Below are positions 1 to 12,422 of a stretch of DNA of 64,000 nucleotides, piece by piece. Every line of letters begins with the position of its first letter. Positions within the stretch are counted from its first letter, which is position 1. The DNA is from Tubiluchus corallicola (taxonomy: Eukaryota > Animalia > Priapulida), in NCBI GenBank assembly GCA_030141605.1, contig JAQGDQ010000227.1:186001-250000 (forward strand), read 5' to 3'. The translations under genes were made by a program, and so were the position numbers. The notes under the pieces were generated by a model. The model searched no databases. It had not been told where the DNA came from and saw only the letters and a program-made list of their open reading frames with translations.

Positions 1-243
1 AATTAAAAAAGTCTTAAAAAAATAAATTCTAAATGTTTGTTTTTTTTATAGAAAATGTGAGCTTTTTATGTTAAATGTGTTGAAATCTAAAAAAATCATT
101 TTAATGTGAAACTTGGTACTATTCATAGTACATAAATCTGCTTTCATGGCAGAAAGTTTCATTCCAATTTATTCGAATGCAAACGGAAATAAATTTTTAA
201 CAAAATTTTTAAAAAGGCTTACTTTTCTTTTGCCCACCGTTAT
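1..243. mobile_element. Probable right end of a Tc1/mariner-type non-autonomous element (truncated by window edge)
   Basis: Ends in CTTACTTTTCTTTTGCCCACCGTTA, resembling the ...TTTTGCCCACCCTG-TA terminus typical of Tc1/mariner MITEs; partner end not in window. Confidence 0.3.
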
Positions 244-650
244 GTAAAGCTACAAATAGTCTAGTTCTGTTTAATTGTGTTGCCACTATGTATCCCATTA
301 CTGGTGAATTATCATTACAATATAATTAATGCTTAAATTAAATTTTGCTTTGCTGTGCCACTACATGAAGTGATTCTGGTACATTGCTTACTTTGGCAAC
401 ATCATTACTTTGTATAGATGTGCCTGTGCAGCATATCAGGTAATGACATATTTATGAAATTCTGCATAAATGTAACATATTTTGATAACTGAAGCTGAAG
501 CAAAATATATAAGGAAGTTAATAAATGTGTTTTTCATAACAGCAGCGGCATTTCCCGTATTAATGTGTATCAAAATGTGTACTGAAACGTGCTTTCGTTG
601 TGTTGTTTAATACTTTACTTTTATGTAGTAACAAGTTTGTTGAAATTATT

Positions 651-1280
651 TTAAAGCACAAGAAAACCCTCCACTTACATAAAGCTTAAAAAATTCGTCT
701 TCAAATTTTATACCACTTACATACTGCCTTTTTGCTTATATTGGCAGTAACACTGTATAGAACTTGTAAATTTAAACTCCTGTGATAACCGTTAGATGCA
801 GCCATTTTGATGACAAGTCATTTGAAACAAGTTTAGATAAAACTAAATAAAGTTTGAAAAAATAATCAGAGCATTTGCATCACACACGTCATTAAGTAAA
901 ATTTTAATTTATTGTATCTTGTCAGTGAAGTTAAAAATACATTTTTTGGTTAGTGAGTCAACGACATTTTACCAATCGGTGAAAACATTTTTAAATAATT
1001 AATAATTTTCTTTTCTAGTTACATAAGTCTTTCAAGCAGGTAAGCGAAATGCTAGGTAGTATAACTTTGCATGGAAAGCTTTTGGGACATAGTTGAACAT
1101 TTCTTTTTCTTCCCATGATTTATGTTCTGTGCATATGACGCCATGTAATGGCACGGCCGGAACAATATTGCTTGAGATTTAAAATGAAAAACCTTTATGC
1201 GAGTACGATATACGCTTAAAATTGCTATAGAGGAATATAATTTTTAAGGCGCATTTTCTGAAACCACTTCATGTATCCCT
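651..1280 (+). mobile_element. MITE family A (TTAA-flanked, Kolobok/T2-like), near full length, 3' TIR missing
   Basis: Starts TTAA-AGCACAAGAAAACCC; colinear with the full copy at 8156-8848 up to ...GTATCCCT. Confidence 0.85.
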
Positions 1281-1750
1281 AGGAAGTGTTAAACTATGTT
1301 CCAAAAAACCTTCCAAGCAAAGTTTTATTACTTAGCATTTCGCTTACCTGCTTGAAAGGCTTACATAACTGGAAAAAAATTATTAATTATTTAAAATGCA
1401 TTCACCAGTTGGTAAAGTATTGTTGACTCTCTTCCGGGGTGCACCACTCGCTAACCAAAAAACGTATTTTTAATCTTATAAACAAGATGCAGTAATTTAA
1501 AGTTTTATTTAGTGTTGTATGCACTATGAATGCTTTGGTTATTTTTTCATACTTTACTCAGTGTTTCAAATGACTTATTGTCAAAATGGCTGCGTCTAAT
1601 AGTTCATCGTGGGAGTTAAAATTTCTGTGTTTTATACAGCGTTACTGCCGACGCAAGCCATGTATGCAAAAAGGCAGTATGTAAGTGGTATAAAATTTGA
1701 AGTCGAATTTTTTAAGCTTTATGTAAGTGGAGGGTTTTCTTGTATTTTAA
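1281..1750 (-). mobile_element. MITE family A, inverted copy (5' ~470 bp)
   Basis: Reverse complement of the first ~450 bp of 651-1280; ends GGGTTTTCTTGTATT-TTAA at 1750. Confidence 0.85.
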
Positions 1751-4700
1751 GGCATACGCATGTTGTGAGAAGGTGCTATTTTGTTGTGTATGTAAAAGTT
1801 TATTACTAAATACCTGATGTATTGATATATAGAATTGACTAAAATGTAGCATTCACAATGCAACTCAGCATTTACATTTCCACTTTTTGTCTTATCCTTA
1901 CCAGCTGCTTCAGTTTGTAAACAGCATAAGTCATGTAGGCGTTGTCAGTGTTCATATTAATGGAAAAAAATTCCAAAAATATAAATTTGTCCAGTTTCAT
2001 TTTTCAGCCAGCCTAGTCCAGTAGAGATTTTTTTGTACTGAACTTCATCTTATTGCTGATAATAGTTGATACCTAACTATGTACAAAAATGTATAAAGAT
2101 GTGTTTTGCACTTGACTAAGCAACATGTAATTCATTTTTCTTTAGCGACTATTTTTTATTGTTGTCATTTCTTTTAAATTTACACATTATGGATGAGAAA
2201 TTTTGTAGTAAACATTTTCGTTAGTGGTGCATGGAAGTTTATTGCTAAATGCAATGTCTTGATTATGTGATCATGTAATTAAAATACTGGGTGTAGCAGT
2301 GCAACACGCTTGCATATTTTTTCTATTGTTGCTATTGTATGTTTAAATCTGTCCATATGTCATTGTGTCTTAAGTTTTGACCAAACATTGTTGTATTTTT
2401 CTATTCTATTGTATTTATTCTACCTATTTTTTATTCTCAGTGTGAATTTTTAGTTTTCAAGCTAAATGTGACTCAACAGTTAAGTTGTGCCTTCATTTTA
2501 CACAATTTTCCACGCTTAAATCGTATCACTACCACAGAATTTTATTTCTTAGAGATTGGTAATAAGAAATTAGAGATACAGGTTTAAGTGATGGTTTTCA
2601 TTGAGGCTTAGGGATAGAGAAAGACACGGAAACAGAACAGAAACGGAAACAAAAGGCGACCCAATGTTGTCAATGATGGCAGCATGAGGTATTAATGAAA
2701 TGAACTGAACATGTCATTATCGACTTTTTTTATAAGTAAAGTTGAACTTTGATGCCTAGCTTTTTGCATTGTGATTTTGCCTTTTTCGGAAGAAATTGGG
2801 ATGGTACTCGCCAGATGGGGTTAAGCTCTCTTCATTTGTTGTGGCTAATGATATTTTAAGAACCCTTAAGCAAATATTATCAGAACATGGAAGATGGTAA
2901 GAAGATCATGTAGACAGTAATCTGGTTTTCTTTGGTGCATGTGCCACAAAGCACAGGCCTTTGTACAGTTTATTTTGCAAAGCAACGGTTACCTGTTCAT
3001 AGATACAGTTTTATGTGCTGATTTGTTTATTTGTAGAAAATGCCCACACAATTTTGAAGAGGCATAAAATTTTTGTTGTTGTTCTGAACATCGAATGTGA
3101 TGCGTGTTATAAACTCTTGTTATCTAGACATTGAAAGTATGATTTCTTAGCAGATTTCTTAGCACGTGTAAGTCTTTTGCATAAACAGGCCATATGAAAC
3201 AGTTAGTAATTCTTAGAATAAACTGAAATATACAGTTTGCTACTCAGGCGTTATTGGCACATTGTGGAGGCAATTGCTTTCAAATTTGGTTTTGTAGAAA
3301 ATTAGTTGTGTAATGAATGAATACTAATTACTTTTACGTTTCATTTCGAATAGTTTCATTGTGCCAAATAGCCACAATTTTGTGCCGTTGAAGAAGTTGA
3401 CTGTTGAAATGTCCAGTACTTGACGTAATGATGCATGTATGAGCCAAAAGAAAATTCATAATGTTCTTTTCTGTGCACTTATAACTGACTAAATAAAATG
3501 TATTGTTAATAAGCAAAAATAGCTATACAAAAATGTAAGTTATATCATGAAAAACAAAGGAAAACCGTGTTATAGCACAAAATGGAGTTTGTTTTTCTGA
3601 TTTTGCAGATTAGAGGTAAAGCAGCTTCAAGTGGCCATGCTTTTTGATTTTGAAACAGCTTATAGCTACCATATTTTCTGAATACCCAATGAACAATTAT
3701 CATTACACTACCAGATTTAAACATATCACTTTATTTTTATGTTATACAGCTACGCAACATAACTTTATCCAAATGTCACTGCTAATCCAGCGTGAAACAG
3801 CGTAAAGTAGCAGTGAAACAGAAGAAAAAACTGATGTAAAAATGCCCACTAGCATTCATGCATAATTGAAATCCCAATGCAGATGCACTGTATTTTGTAT
3901 CTAGTCTTAATTCATTGTAACTGAAATCAATCCTAGGTTTTTATGTTATCTATATATGTTCATTCCCTTTTTTAACTAACATTGTTCATTTTGATTGAGC
4001 GTTTTTTTGTCTATTCATTATCATGCTCATTTTTCAGAATTTCTTTTTGCTGATCTTAATATTGCTGATCACTGAACTCTGTGACTGTCTTATAGCAGCA
4101 TCTTAAGTGTTCTAAATTTTTTTCTAATGTACTGCCAATGTAAGTGTTGGGTTTTATTGATCACAATAGAGCCAGTAATTCTAACATATTTAGGCGTGCA
4201 TAAGCTGTAGCGATGCTGTTTCATGCGATATATTTGTTCAAAAGTCAGTAGATGTGTTAAATGCATTTTTATCACCATTATTCTTGTTGTCTCAAATTTT
4301 TACAAAAGCATTTTAATTTATTGTTAATTATCCGCGTGTCACTTAATTTTAATAAAAATTAATTTATTCGCTGGTTTGCCGTGCCTCCATGAGTCCGCAA
4401 AGAATGACGCATTTTGTTTTCGTTAAACCACCACTCATCATCGAGCGTTCGAAAAAGCTGCTCTGTGCTCGTGCTTTTAAGTTTGGCATTTCAATTCGAT
4501 CTGGTTCCTGTGTGTAGCTGGCTACTGCTTTTCAGAGTTTCAGGTTGGTCTCTAGTTCAGCTGCTTAAAAAATTTCTAGACATCAGGCTATTACATAACA
4601 GGTTTATAACACGTTTTTTGTGTATTTGACAAACAGCTTTTATCGTTTCTTTAATTTTTTTGTCTAGCTGGTGCATCAGGCTACTCAAAGATGGAGGCCG

Positions 4701-5379
4701 GCATGTTCTGCTGTGCGGATAGCTGATATGCATGGAAAGGTATCGCTTCTGGTACGGTTGAATAAAAAGTTTCGTTGGCTATTTCGTATACGACTCGACA
4801 AGTAAGGGATTAATTCAAAAGAAAAGCTTGGTCTTTCTATAGTGCGACAGTTGAAAAATTGCGTGTAAATATTTAGCACTAAAAATAAAATGGCGGCATT
4901 CTTAAAGTAAATCTATTTCTTTTTGACTGTATTTCTTTCTTTGCTTTTTAAGATGATTTTGATTTTGAGTCTTTTTTAATAATGTATTTGCAATATTAGT
5001 TGCATATAAATACTGACGGTTCAGCTTCCATTGGCATGTATTTAGAAAAATAATGTCATTTATGCTGAATGTTCATCAGTAAGATGGCTTGCATTACTGC
5101 TGGAGATGGTTTGCATTAATATAATGGTTTTAGTGCCAGATGCCAAGGCACGCCATTTATTAAGATTTTTTTATCAAATTTCCTTGGCTGTCGTTTTGTT
5201 CGGTCTATGGGTACACCTTTTTGTAAGGAAAACTAGTTCTGTCCAAGTGGGTAGGATATGCATGCGTTATTATTCATTGTCGCTTTGATTCTTAAGTCAT
5301 GGTTAGACATCACTGAATCATTTTAACATAACACACTGGTAGACTTTGTATATTTAATTATTATTGCCATATATCAGCA

Positions 5380-6210
5380 ATTCTCATGTCGAAGACGTGC
5401 TGCGATTCTTTCTGACTCTCAGATGACGCCATTGGCTGCCAATGCGCAAACCATACTTGCGGTTATCGTGAGGATCGTATAAGAATCGCGCATAGCGCAA
5501 CAGGCCATTTTGGTTTTGGGGGCTGTTTCATCGAAAGGCACCTTTCCAAGGTCGCGTAAGAAGAATATTTCTTTGAATCCAGTTTTGTTAGAAAAGGTAT
5601 TATAACGGCGGTTTAACTTATTGTTCGCTTATTAATATGCAATATATTATCTAATACGACATTTTTCAGAGGTTCATGTCGACTGTTGAAGTTGGGGAGC
5701 GTAGAAAATCTTCGTGGATAGGGGCGCTATCGGAACCATCTTGAATGCGGTTTTGGATCGTCAATCGTTATGCCGCCGGCTAAGGTATGTACCAATCGAA
5801 CTAAATATTTTTTCCGTAAATTGTGGCGTTTGATTTTGGAACTGATTTTGTAGTGTGGGTAATCTTGAGTTTTTGCGTTACTCTTTTTTGAAGAAGGCTC
5901 AACGGCCATGGCTTTGCGTTCAACATTTAGTTGTTTCCTTCCGCATTTTAGACTGGTGGCTATTTTAAAACGGGGTGTATCTGAAATTATCGATAGCACA
6001 TTGTACTTCATACACATAATAGTTCTGGATTGGTTGATGTTTTTCATAATAATTTTAAGATTGGGCATATCGCTGCCCTTAATCTTTGTTAACACCATCA
6101 GCCAGTTTTCTCCGTATGTAGTCTTCAGTATTTTAAAAAGAGAGAATTTGCAAATTAGGAGTTTTGTATTGTCCTGTATAAAGTTTCTTGCATTAAGATC
6201 TTTAAGTTAG
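5380..6210 (-). pseudogene. Decayed coding remnant, possibly N-terminal ORF region of a Penelope-like retroelement
   Basis: Minus frame open about 6210-5727 and K/R-rich, with the antisense frame also open; FKILKTTYGENWLMVLTK...CMKYNVL...PRFK resembles Penelope-like N-termini from memory; stops downstream. Not verified by search. Confidence 0.3.
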
Positions 6211-6754
6211 AAGTAAGTGAGATGTGCTTTCAATATAACATGAAAATAGTTAAGGTGGAGGCCATTTGCAGGCCATAGGCATGTCATATTTAACAAGCAA
6301 ATAAGACAACGTGAAAGGCCAGGAATGTAACTCAGCACATTTTGACAAGTTTTTTTTAAAAAAGTTCAATTATTATAAAGAATTTGGAATGAACTTGAAT
6401 TTGAAACCCACGGGTTACTGAGCTTAGTTGTCTGTCATTTTGTATTTAGTTGCAACATGTGGCGGACCCAAATTCATTGTCTACAAAAAAATCTAACAGA
6501 TTCTGTTATTTTTGAAGAGCGTATCGAATTGTTTTGTCGTTTTTCGCTGTAGAGAATGTATTTACGCGTTATTCATTTTCGGACAATTGTGACATTAATG
6601 TCTGTGGTCCGACCATGGCAGGACAACAGTCAGCTATTGCTGGCATCTTATATTTCTTTTTTAAGCTAACAGAACTAGGTACAAACGCTTGCACTGATCG
6701 AAAAAGTTTTCCTAATTCTTAAACGGTCATTTGACTGTTACTTTTCCGAGTAAC

Positions 6755-6945
6755 CGTGGTATTGGCAAACTTTGACGTTGACGTCAGTTGCATGATTTAA
6801 GTAGTATGACGTGATGCGCCCCACCTAAACTTTGGCCAATCATAGAGGTCCTCCGCATTATTTACGGATGTCTGGTAATGCATGCGTAGTGTCACGCTGA
6901 TGTACATAATTTAAGGTCTAAGAATTCTATCTTTGAAGTCAGTTA
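6755..6945 (+). promoter_or_regulatory. Candidate Pol II promoter (CRE, CCAAT boxes, GC/KLF box, Inr)
   Basis: ATTGG 6761, TGACGTCA 6779-6786, TGACGTGA 6807, CGCCCCAC 6817, CCAAT 6836, Inr-like TCAGTT 6939, locally CpG-richer, followed by a CAG|GT donor at 7010. Confidence 0.45.
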
Positions 6946-7009
6946 ATTCTTTTCGCATCTTTCCGAATCATCAGAGCTGGAAGCTGGGAAGAACATTGCA
7001 GTACCGCAG
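6941..7009 (+). other. Candidate non-coding first exon
   Basis: Between Inr-like TCAGTT and donor CGCAG|GTATTT; T-rich intron-like sequence follows. Confidence 0.35.
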
Positions 7010-7606
7010 GTATTTTTTGTGTTGTATCATTTTAGCGTATTAAATTCGTATACATTTTTTTTACATTTGCCCAATTTTTATTCTGATTAAATCTTTATTT
7101 ATTTTTTTGCAAAAATTTTTAGTTCTAATCATGTTTTTGCAGCTAAAACATTTTTAGCAAAACATGAACATTTTTTATAAATTTTTAAGCTAATCACCTT
7201 CACATTAGCAAACTGCTTTTTCGAAGCTTACAGTATATCCAGTTTTAACAAACTCATGTTTTAATCTTAGCTAGCCACTTCTGTTTTTTTTCTAGATAAT
7301 TTTTCCGATGAGACAGTTTTCCAAATTGTTTTGTTCTAAATTTGAAAATATCGTGAAGAAGGTACTTTTGATTATTATTAATTTTTTTTTTAATATAACT
7401 GTGTCTTGCGTTTGCAAGGAAGTGAAATTATGTTCATGCGTGTACTGCTTCTGCACAGGAATACCTCTGATGTAGAATATGTAGAATAACATCAGTTTTC
7501 TCATAACATTTGTTGAAATGGTGTTTTAGATTGACACTTTATTTAACAAAAGAACAATATCATTTTGCTAGTGTAAATAGAAACAATTTACATATTGTTT
7601 TATTTT

Positions 7607-8264
7607 ATGTGTATGTATTCAGGCCTACTAGTTCAACGATCTTTATCTGTTTTTCTTTTAGAATTTCTTTTGTCAATGAAAAAAAATTTCCAAAATTTTG
7701 TTCAGAACCCTTGTACATGCAGTGGTAGTGGTAATACACTCAGCAACAATGATCACACACAGTTAAGTTGAATACTATGCAAGTACAAACCAAATTCATG
7801 CAATTCTGACTTGTAGTAATTGGATCTGCCATAGGCTACTTACCATATGAACCCGTGTCGAATGAACTGCACGCTTGTATATGCACGATAAATATATACT
7901 ATACACTCCTCAATTTTTTAATTTTATATAATAAACATTTTTAAAAACTGTTAAGAAATTTTTGAAAAGAAATTTTACCATTTCTTAGTTAGTTTTTAAG
8001 ATCAAACAGTCGAAAAACTGAACTTACACCAGTTTTAGGACGTGAGTCTGAGAAACCATCAAAAAATATAAGTATATTCTTATCATCGTGGTCAATTTTG
8101 GTTCTGTTTTCTCAGAATTTTGTGCGAACGAAAATTGTTGAAGAAACTGCTTTAATTAAAGCACAAGAAAACCCTTCATAAACATAAAGCTTAAAAAATT
8201 CCTCTTGAAATTTTATATCACTTGCATACTGACTTTTTACATACAGGAGTTCAATCGGCAGTAA
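7607..8264 (+). repeat. Local segmental duplication, copy 1
   Basis: ATGTGTATGTATTCAGGCCTACTAG...CAATCGGCAGTAA recurs at 9966-10593 with roughly 90%+ identity. Confidence 0.95.
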
Positions 8265-8848
8265 TGCTGTATAAAACATGTAAATCTAAACTCCCGCGAT
8301 GACAGTTAGACGCAGCCATTTTGGCGATAAGTCATTTGAAACAAGTTTACATAACATTGTGTAAACTTTGAAAAAATATTCGGAGCATTCGTAGCGCTAA
8401 CGTAGTCACTAACTTAGTAAAATTTTAAATTACTGTATTTTGTCAATAAGATTAAAAATACGTTTTTGGTTAGTGAGTGGTGCACCCTGGAGGGTGAGCC
8501 AGCGATATTTTACCAATTGGTGAAAACATTTTAAATAATTAAAAAGTTTCTTTTCCAGTTACATAAGTCTTACCAGCTGGTAAGCGAAAAGCTAAGTAAT
8601 ATAGATTTGCATGGAAAGTTTTTTGGGAGATAATTTAGCATTTCCTTTTCTTCCCCTGATTTACATTTGCGTAATGACGTCATGTAATGGCGACTTCGGA
8701 GCAGTATTGCGGGAAATTTAAAATGAAGACAAATGAAAATTTCTTTCAGTGCGAGTAAGATATATGCATAAAATTGCTATAAAGTAATATAATTATTAAA
8801 GCGATTTTTCTGAAACCTACTTCAAGTATCCCTTTTCTTGTTCTTTAA
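8156..8848 (+). mobile_element. MITE family A, full-length reference copy (~685 bp)
   Basis: TTAA at both ends (8156-8159, 8845-8848); TIR AGCACAAGAAAA / TTTTCTTGTTCT; no ORF. TTAA TSD with 5'-AG terminus fits Kolobok/T2 rather than piggyBac (5'-CCY). Confidence 0.9.
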
Positions 8849-9729
8849 GAATATTTGACATCTGGCCATCTGGACCATTCCTAGTAACAAAACGAAAAAT
8901 CCTTTTTAATTTTTGTCTATTAAAAATACCAAATAAATGCAAAAATTTCAATTAACTCTACAAACGTATCTATTGAAGCATTGGTGCTATTATTGTATTA
9001 CTTTTTTTAATGTCATATTTTAAAATTGCACAATAAACATGTATAAATCAGACAACGAACAACAAACTGCTTATGTAATTGTTACTCAGATAACTGGCTT
9101 TTATGTACCTAAAGGATACAATGATGCAGTGACTTTTTTATCAGTGATTGATCATAGTTTGCTTATATCGCTAAAAACAGGTTTATTATTGATTATATTA
9201 TGCGTGAATGTAACTGAGCTCTGAGATGTAAACGTGCTAACAGTCTCAAATTTTTTTATCATTTTTAAAAAGTTAAATATTATGAAATAAGTTCAGATAT
9301 AAAGTAAGAATTGTTTGCAACCCTATAAGTATAAAATATATTTCAGTTTATTGACTTAAACTGTTTAACTTTAATATGAAACTTATTTCAGATTTTGAAA
9401 TACAAAGGTCTATGCATTTGTGTTGTTTTTTTAATATAAAATTAGATCATATGTAGATACAAGATGGTTAGAGAATATGTACTTGTTGTTAAGTTTTAAA
9501 ATTACTTACACAAAATACTGAGCATACTCACAAATACCTAAGTATCTATGCAAAATGTAAATACGCTAAGAAAGCTTGTACACCTACAGAGTTTTAGTAT
9601 GTACAAGAGTTTGAATTTTTGTGAAGTAGATGATAAGGCTCTTGAGGACCCATACTCTGGTCAATAAATTATTTTTGCCCGTGCTAGTGGCAACTTACAG
9701 TTGTTTGTAACTATGACCTTCTCTTTTAG

Positions 9730-9742
9730 AGCTGTACAGCCT
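9730..9742 (+). other. Candidate 13-nt micro-exon
   Basis: TGACCTTCTCTTTTAG|AGCTGTACAGCCT|GTAAGTAT: branch-like TGAC, pyrimidine tract, AG and consensus GTAAGT donor. Confidence 0.35.
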
Positions 9743-9965
9743 GTAAGTATCTTTATTTCTCTAATCTAGTGTTTCTTATTTTCAGATACTTTTTTGAATG
9801 TAAGACAATTTTTTAAACCACATACATGTACAACAATTATGCAGTTTTGTTTACAAGTTTAAATTGAATGTTTGTTTATCCAACAGCTTTAAACTGCTAT
9901 ATTGTGTTATTATGTAATCGCTTCTTATTTAAGGTGCTCTTCTCTAACCTTTGCTGCTCACATTA

Positions 9966-10597
9966 ATGTGTATGTATTCAGGCCTACTAGTTCAACGATC
10001 CTTATCTGTTTTTCTTTTACTTCTGGAAAAATGAAAAAATTTCCAAAATTTTGTTCAGAACCCTTGTGCAGTGGTAGTGGTAGTGTCGCACACAGTTAAG
10101 CTGAATACTATGCAAGACAAACCAAATTCATACAATTCTGACGTGTAGGAATTGGATCTGCCATAGGCTACTTACCATATGAACCCGTGTCGAATGAACT
10201 GCACGCTTGTATTTGCACGATAAATATACACTATACACGGCTCAATTTTTTAATTTTATATAATAAACATTTAAAAACTGTTAAGAAATTTTCGAAAAGA
10301 AATTTTACCATTTCTTACTTAGTTTTTAAGATCAAACAGTCGAAAAACTGAACTTACACCAGTTTTAGGACGTGAGTCTGAGAAACCAACAAAAAATATA
10401 AGTATATTCTGTGATTCATTTTTGGTTCTTTTTTCTTGGAATTTCGTGCGAACGAAAATTGTTGAAGAAACTGCTTTAGTTAAATTAAAGCACAAGAAAA
10501 CCCTTCATAAACATAAAGCTTAAAAAATTCCTCTTGAAATTTTATATCACTTGCATACTGCCTTTTTACATGCAGGAGTTCAATCGGCAGTAACACT
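9966..10597 (+). repeat. Local segmental duplication, copy 2 (includes 5' ~110 bp of MITE A at 10485-10597)
   Basis: Direct repeat of 7607-8264 with small indels. Confidence 0.95.
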
Positions 10598-11383
10598 TGA
10601 TGTGATTTTTGTGATTTTTAAATATTTTAACTTAGGGAAGAAATCTCCATTTTCTGTCTTATCCAAGTGCTTGTTACATTATTCCAGTCATGGAAATCTT
10701 ATGCAGTTCTGTTGGTTAACACTTACGTGAACGTACTTTTCTTCCTTGTTATGAAGTAATTTTTAACTAGCTGATTACATTCCGTACTGCGATTATGATG
10801 TAATGGACAAACAATGGTTTTTGTGGCTTTTTTTGAATATTGAGTGGTTTCCTGTTCAATGATAATACTAGTTTAGCATAGCCGTACATGGGAGTTGTGA
10901 AAATGTTACAATTACGCAGATTTTTAATAATTAACAAGCTATGCTTAGTCACTGTTACTTTGTCTGATTCTATTGATCAAGTTAGAATCAGATTATAAGG
11001 GCTGCATCGGGGCTGTGAATGGATACTAGTATTCAAAAAGTGCAGAGTTGTCAAAGTTTGGTGATTTTAGTGTTGTTTTAGTCATTGTAAATTTTAATTA
11101 TATGTTCTTGTGGCTTTTATGCTGAAACAAATGGTAACGAATCATTCAATCAATTTGAAATTTTAGCTATCATGGTTATTTTGTTTTTGTTGTATTCGTT
11201 TTAATTCAGAAGGAGCAGTCTGAAAGTGCAAGGACATGTCAGAGTGTGAAAAGATGTACAGTTTTTTAAATAGTACTTTTCTTGACTTGACTGAGCACAT
11301 AGACCTGCCTGTTTAATGCAATGATTTAAACAATGATAAAATGCATGATTTCATTTTGTATATTTTTTATTTTGATTTATTTT

Positions 11384-12422
11384 GCTTTGGTTTTTTTCTG
11401 TTGATTAGTATGGTACTCTTTGTAACAAGTTGAGTCTGGTCACTTCTGCATCTCGCAAGTACTTTGATGCTTTGGTTTTTTTCTGTTGATTAGTATGGTA
11501 CTCTTTGTAACAAGTTGAGTCTGGTTACTTCTGCACTTCGCAAGTACTTTGATGCTTTGGTTTTTTCTGTTGATTAGTATGGTACTCTTTGCAACAAGTT
11601 GAGTCTGGTCACTTCTGCATCTCACAAGCACTTTGATGCTTTGGTTTTTTTCTGTTGATTAGTATGGTACTCTTTGTAACAAGTTGAGTCTGGTCACTTC
11701 TGCATCTTGCAAGCACTTTGATGCTTTGGTTTTTTCTGTTGATTAGTATGGTACTCTTTGTAACAAGTTGAGTCTGGTTACTTCTGCACTTCTCAAGCAC
11801 TTTGATGCTTTGGTTTTTTCTGTTGATTAGTATGGTACTCTTTGTAACAAGTTGAGTCTGGTTACTTCTGCACTTCGCAAGCACTTTGATGCTTTGGTTT
11901 TTTTCTGTTGATTAGTATGGTACTCTTTGTAACAAGTTGAGTCTGGTCACTTCTGCATCTTGCAAGCACTTTGATGCTTTGGTTTTTTTCTGTTGATTAG
12001 TATGGTACTCTTTGTAACAAGTTGAGTCTGGTCACTTCTGCATCTTGCAAGCACTTTGATGCTTTGGTTTTTTCTGTTGGTTAGTATGGTACTCTTTGTA
12101 ACAAGTTGAGTCTTGTCACTTCTGCATCTCGCAAGCACTTTGATGCTTTGGTTTTTTCTGTTGGTTAGTATGGTACTCTTTGTAACAAGTTGAGTCTTGT
12201 CACTTCTGCATCTCGCAAGCACTTTGATGCTTTGGGTTTTTTCTGTTGGTTAGTATGGCACTCTTTGTAACAAGTTGAGTCTTGTCACTTCTGCATCTCG
12301 CAAGTACTTTGATGCTTTGGTTTTGTGTTGATTAGTATGGTACTCTTTGTAACAAGTTGAGTCTTGTCACTTCTGCATCTTGCAAGCACGTTGATGCTTT
12401 GGTTTTTTCTGGTGGTTAGTAT
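11384..12422. repeat. Minisatellite, 84-85 bp unit, ~12 copies
   Basis: Unit GCTTTGGTTTTTTTCTGTTGATTAGTATGGTACTCTTTGTAACAAGTTGAGTCTGGTCACTTCTGCATCTCGCAAGCACTTTGAT; poly-T length varies. Confidence 0.97.

Noticed and set aside
7838-7900. Minus-strand exon with GTAAGT donor, vaguely KolX-like (YRAYTSVQFIRHGFI)
   Set aside because: Too short, no acceptor, similarity not convincing.
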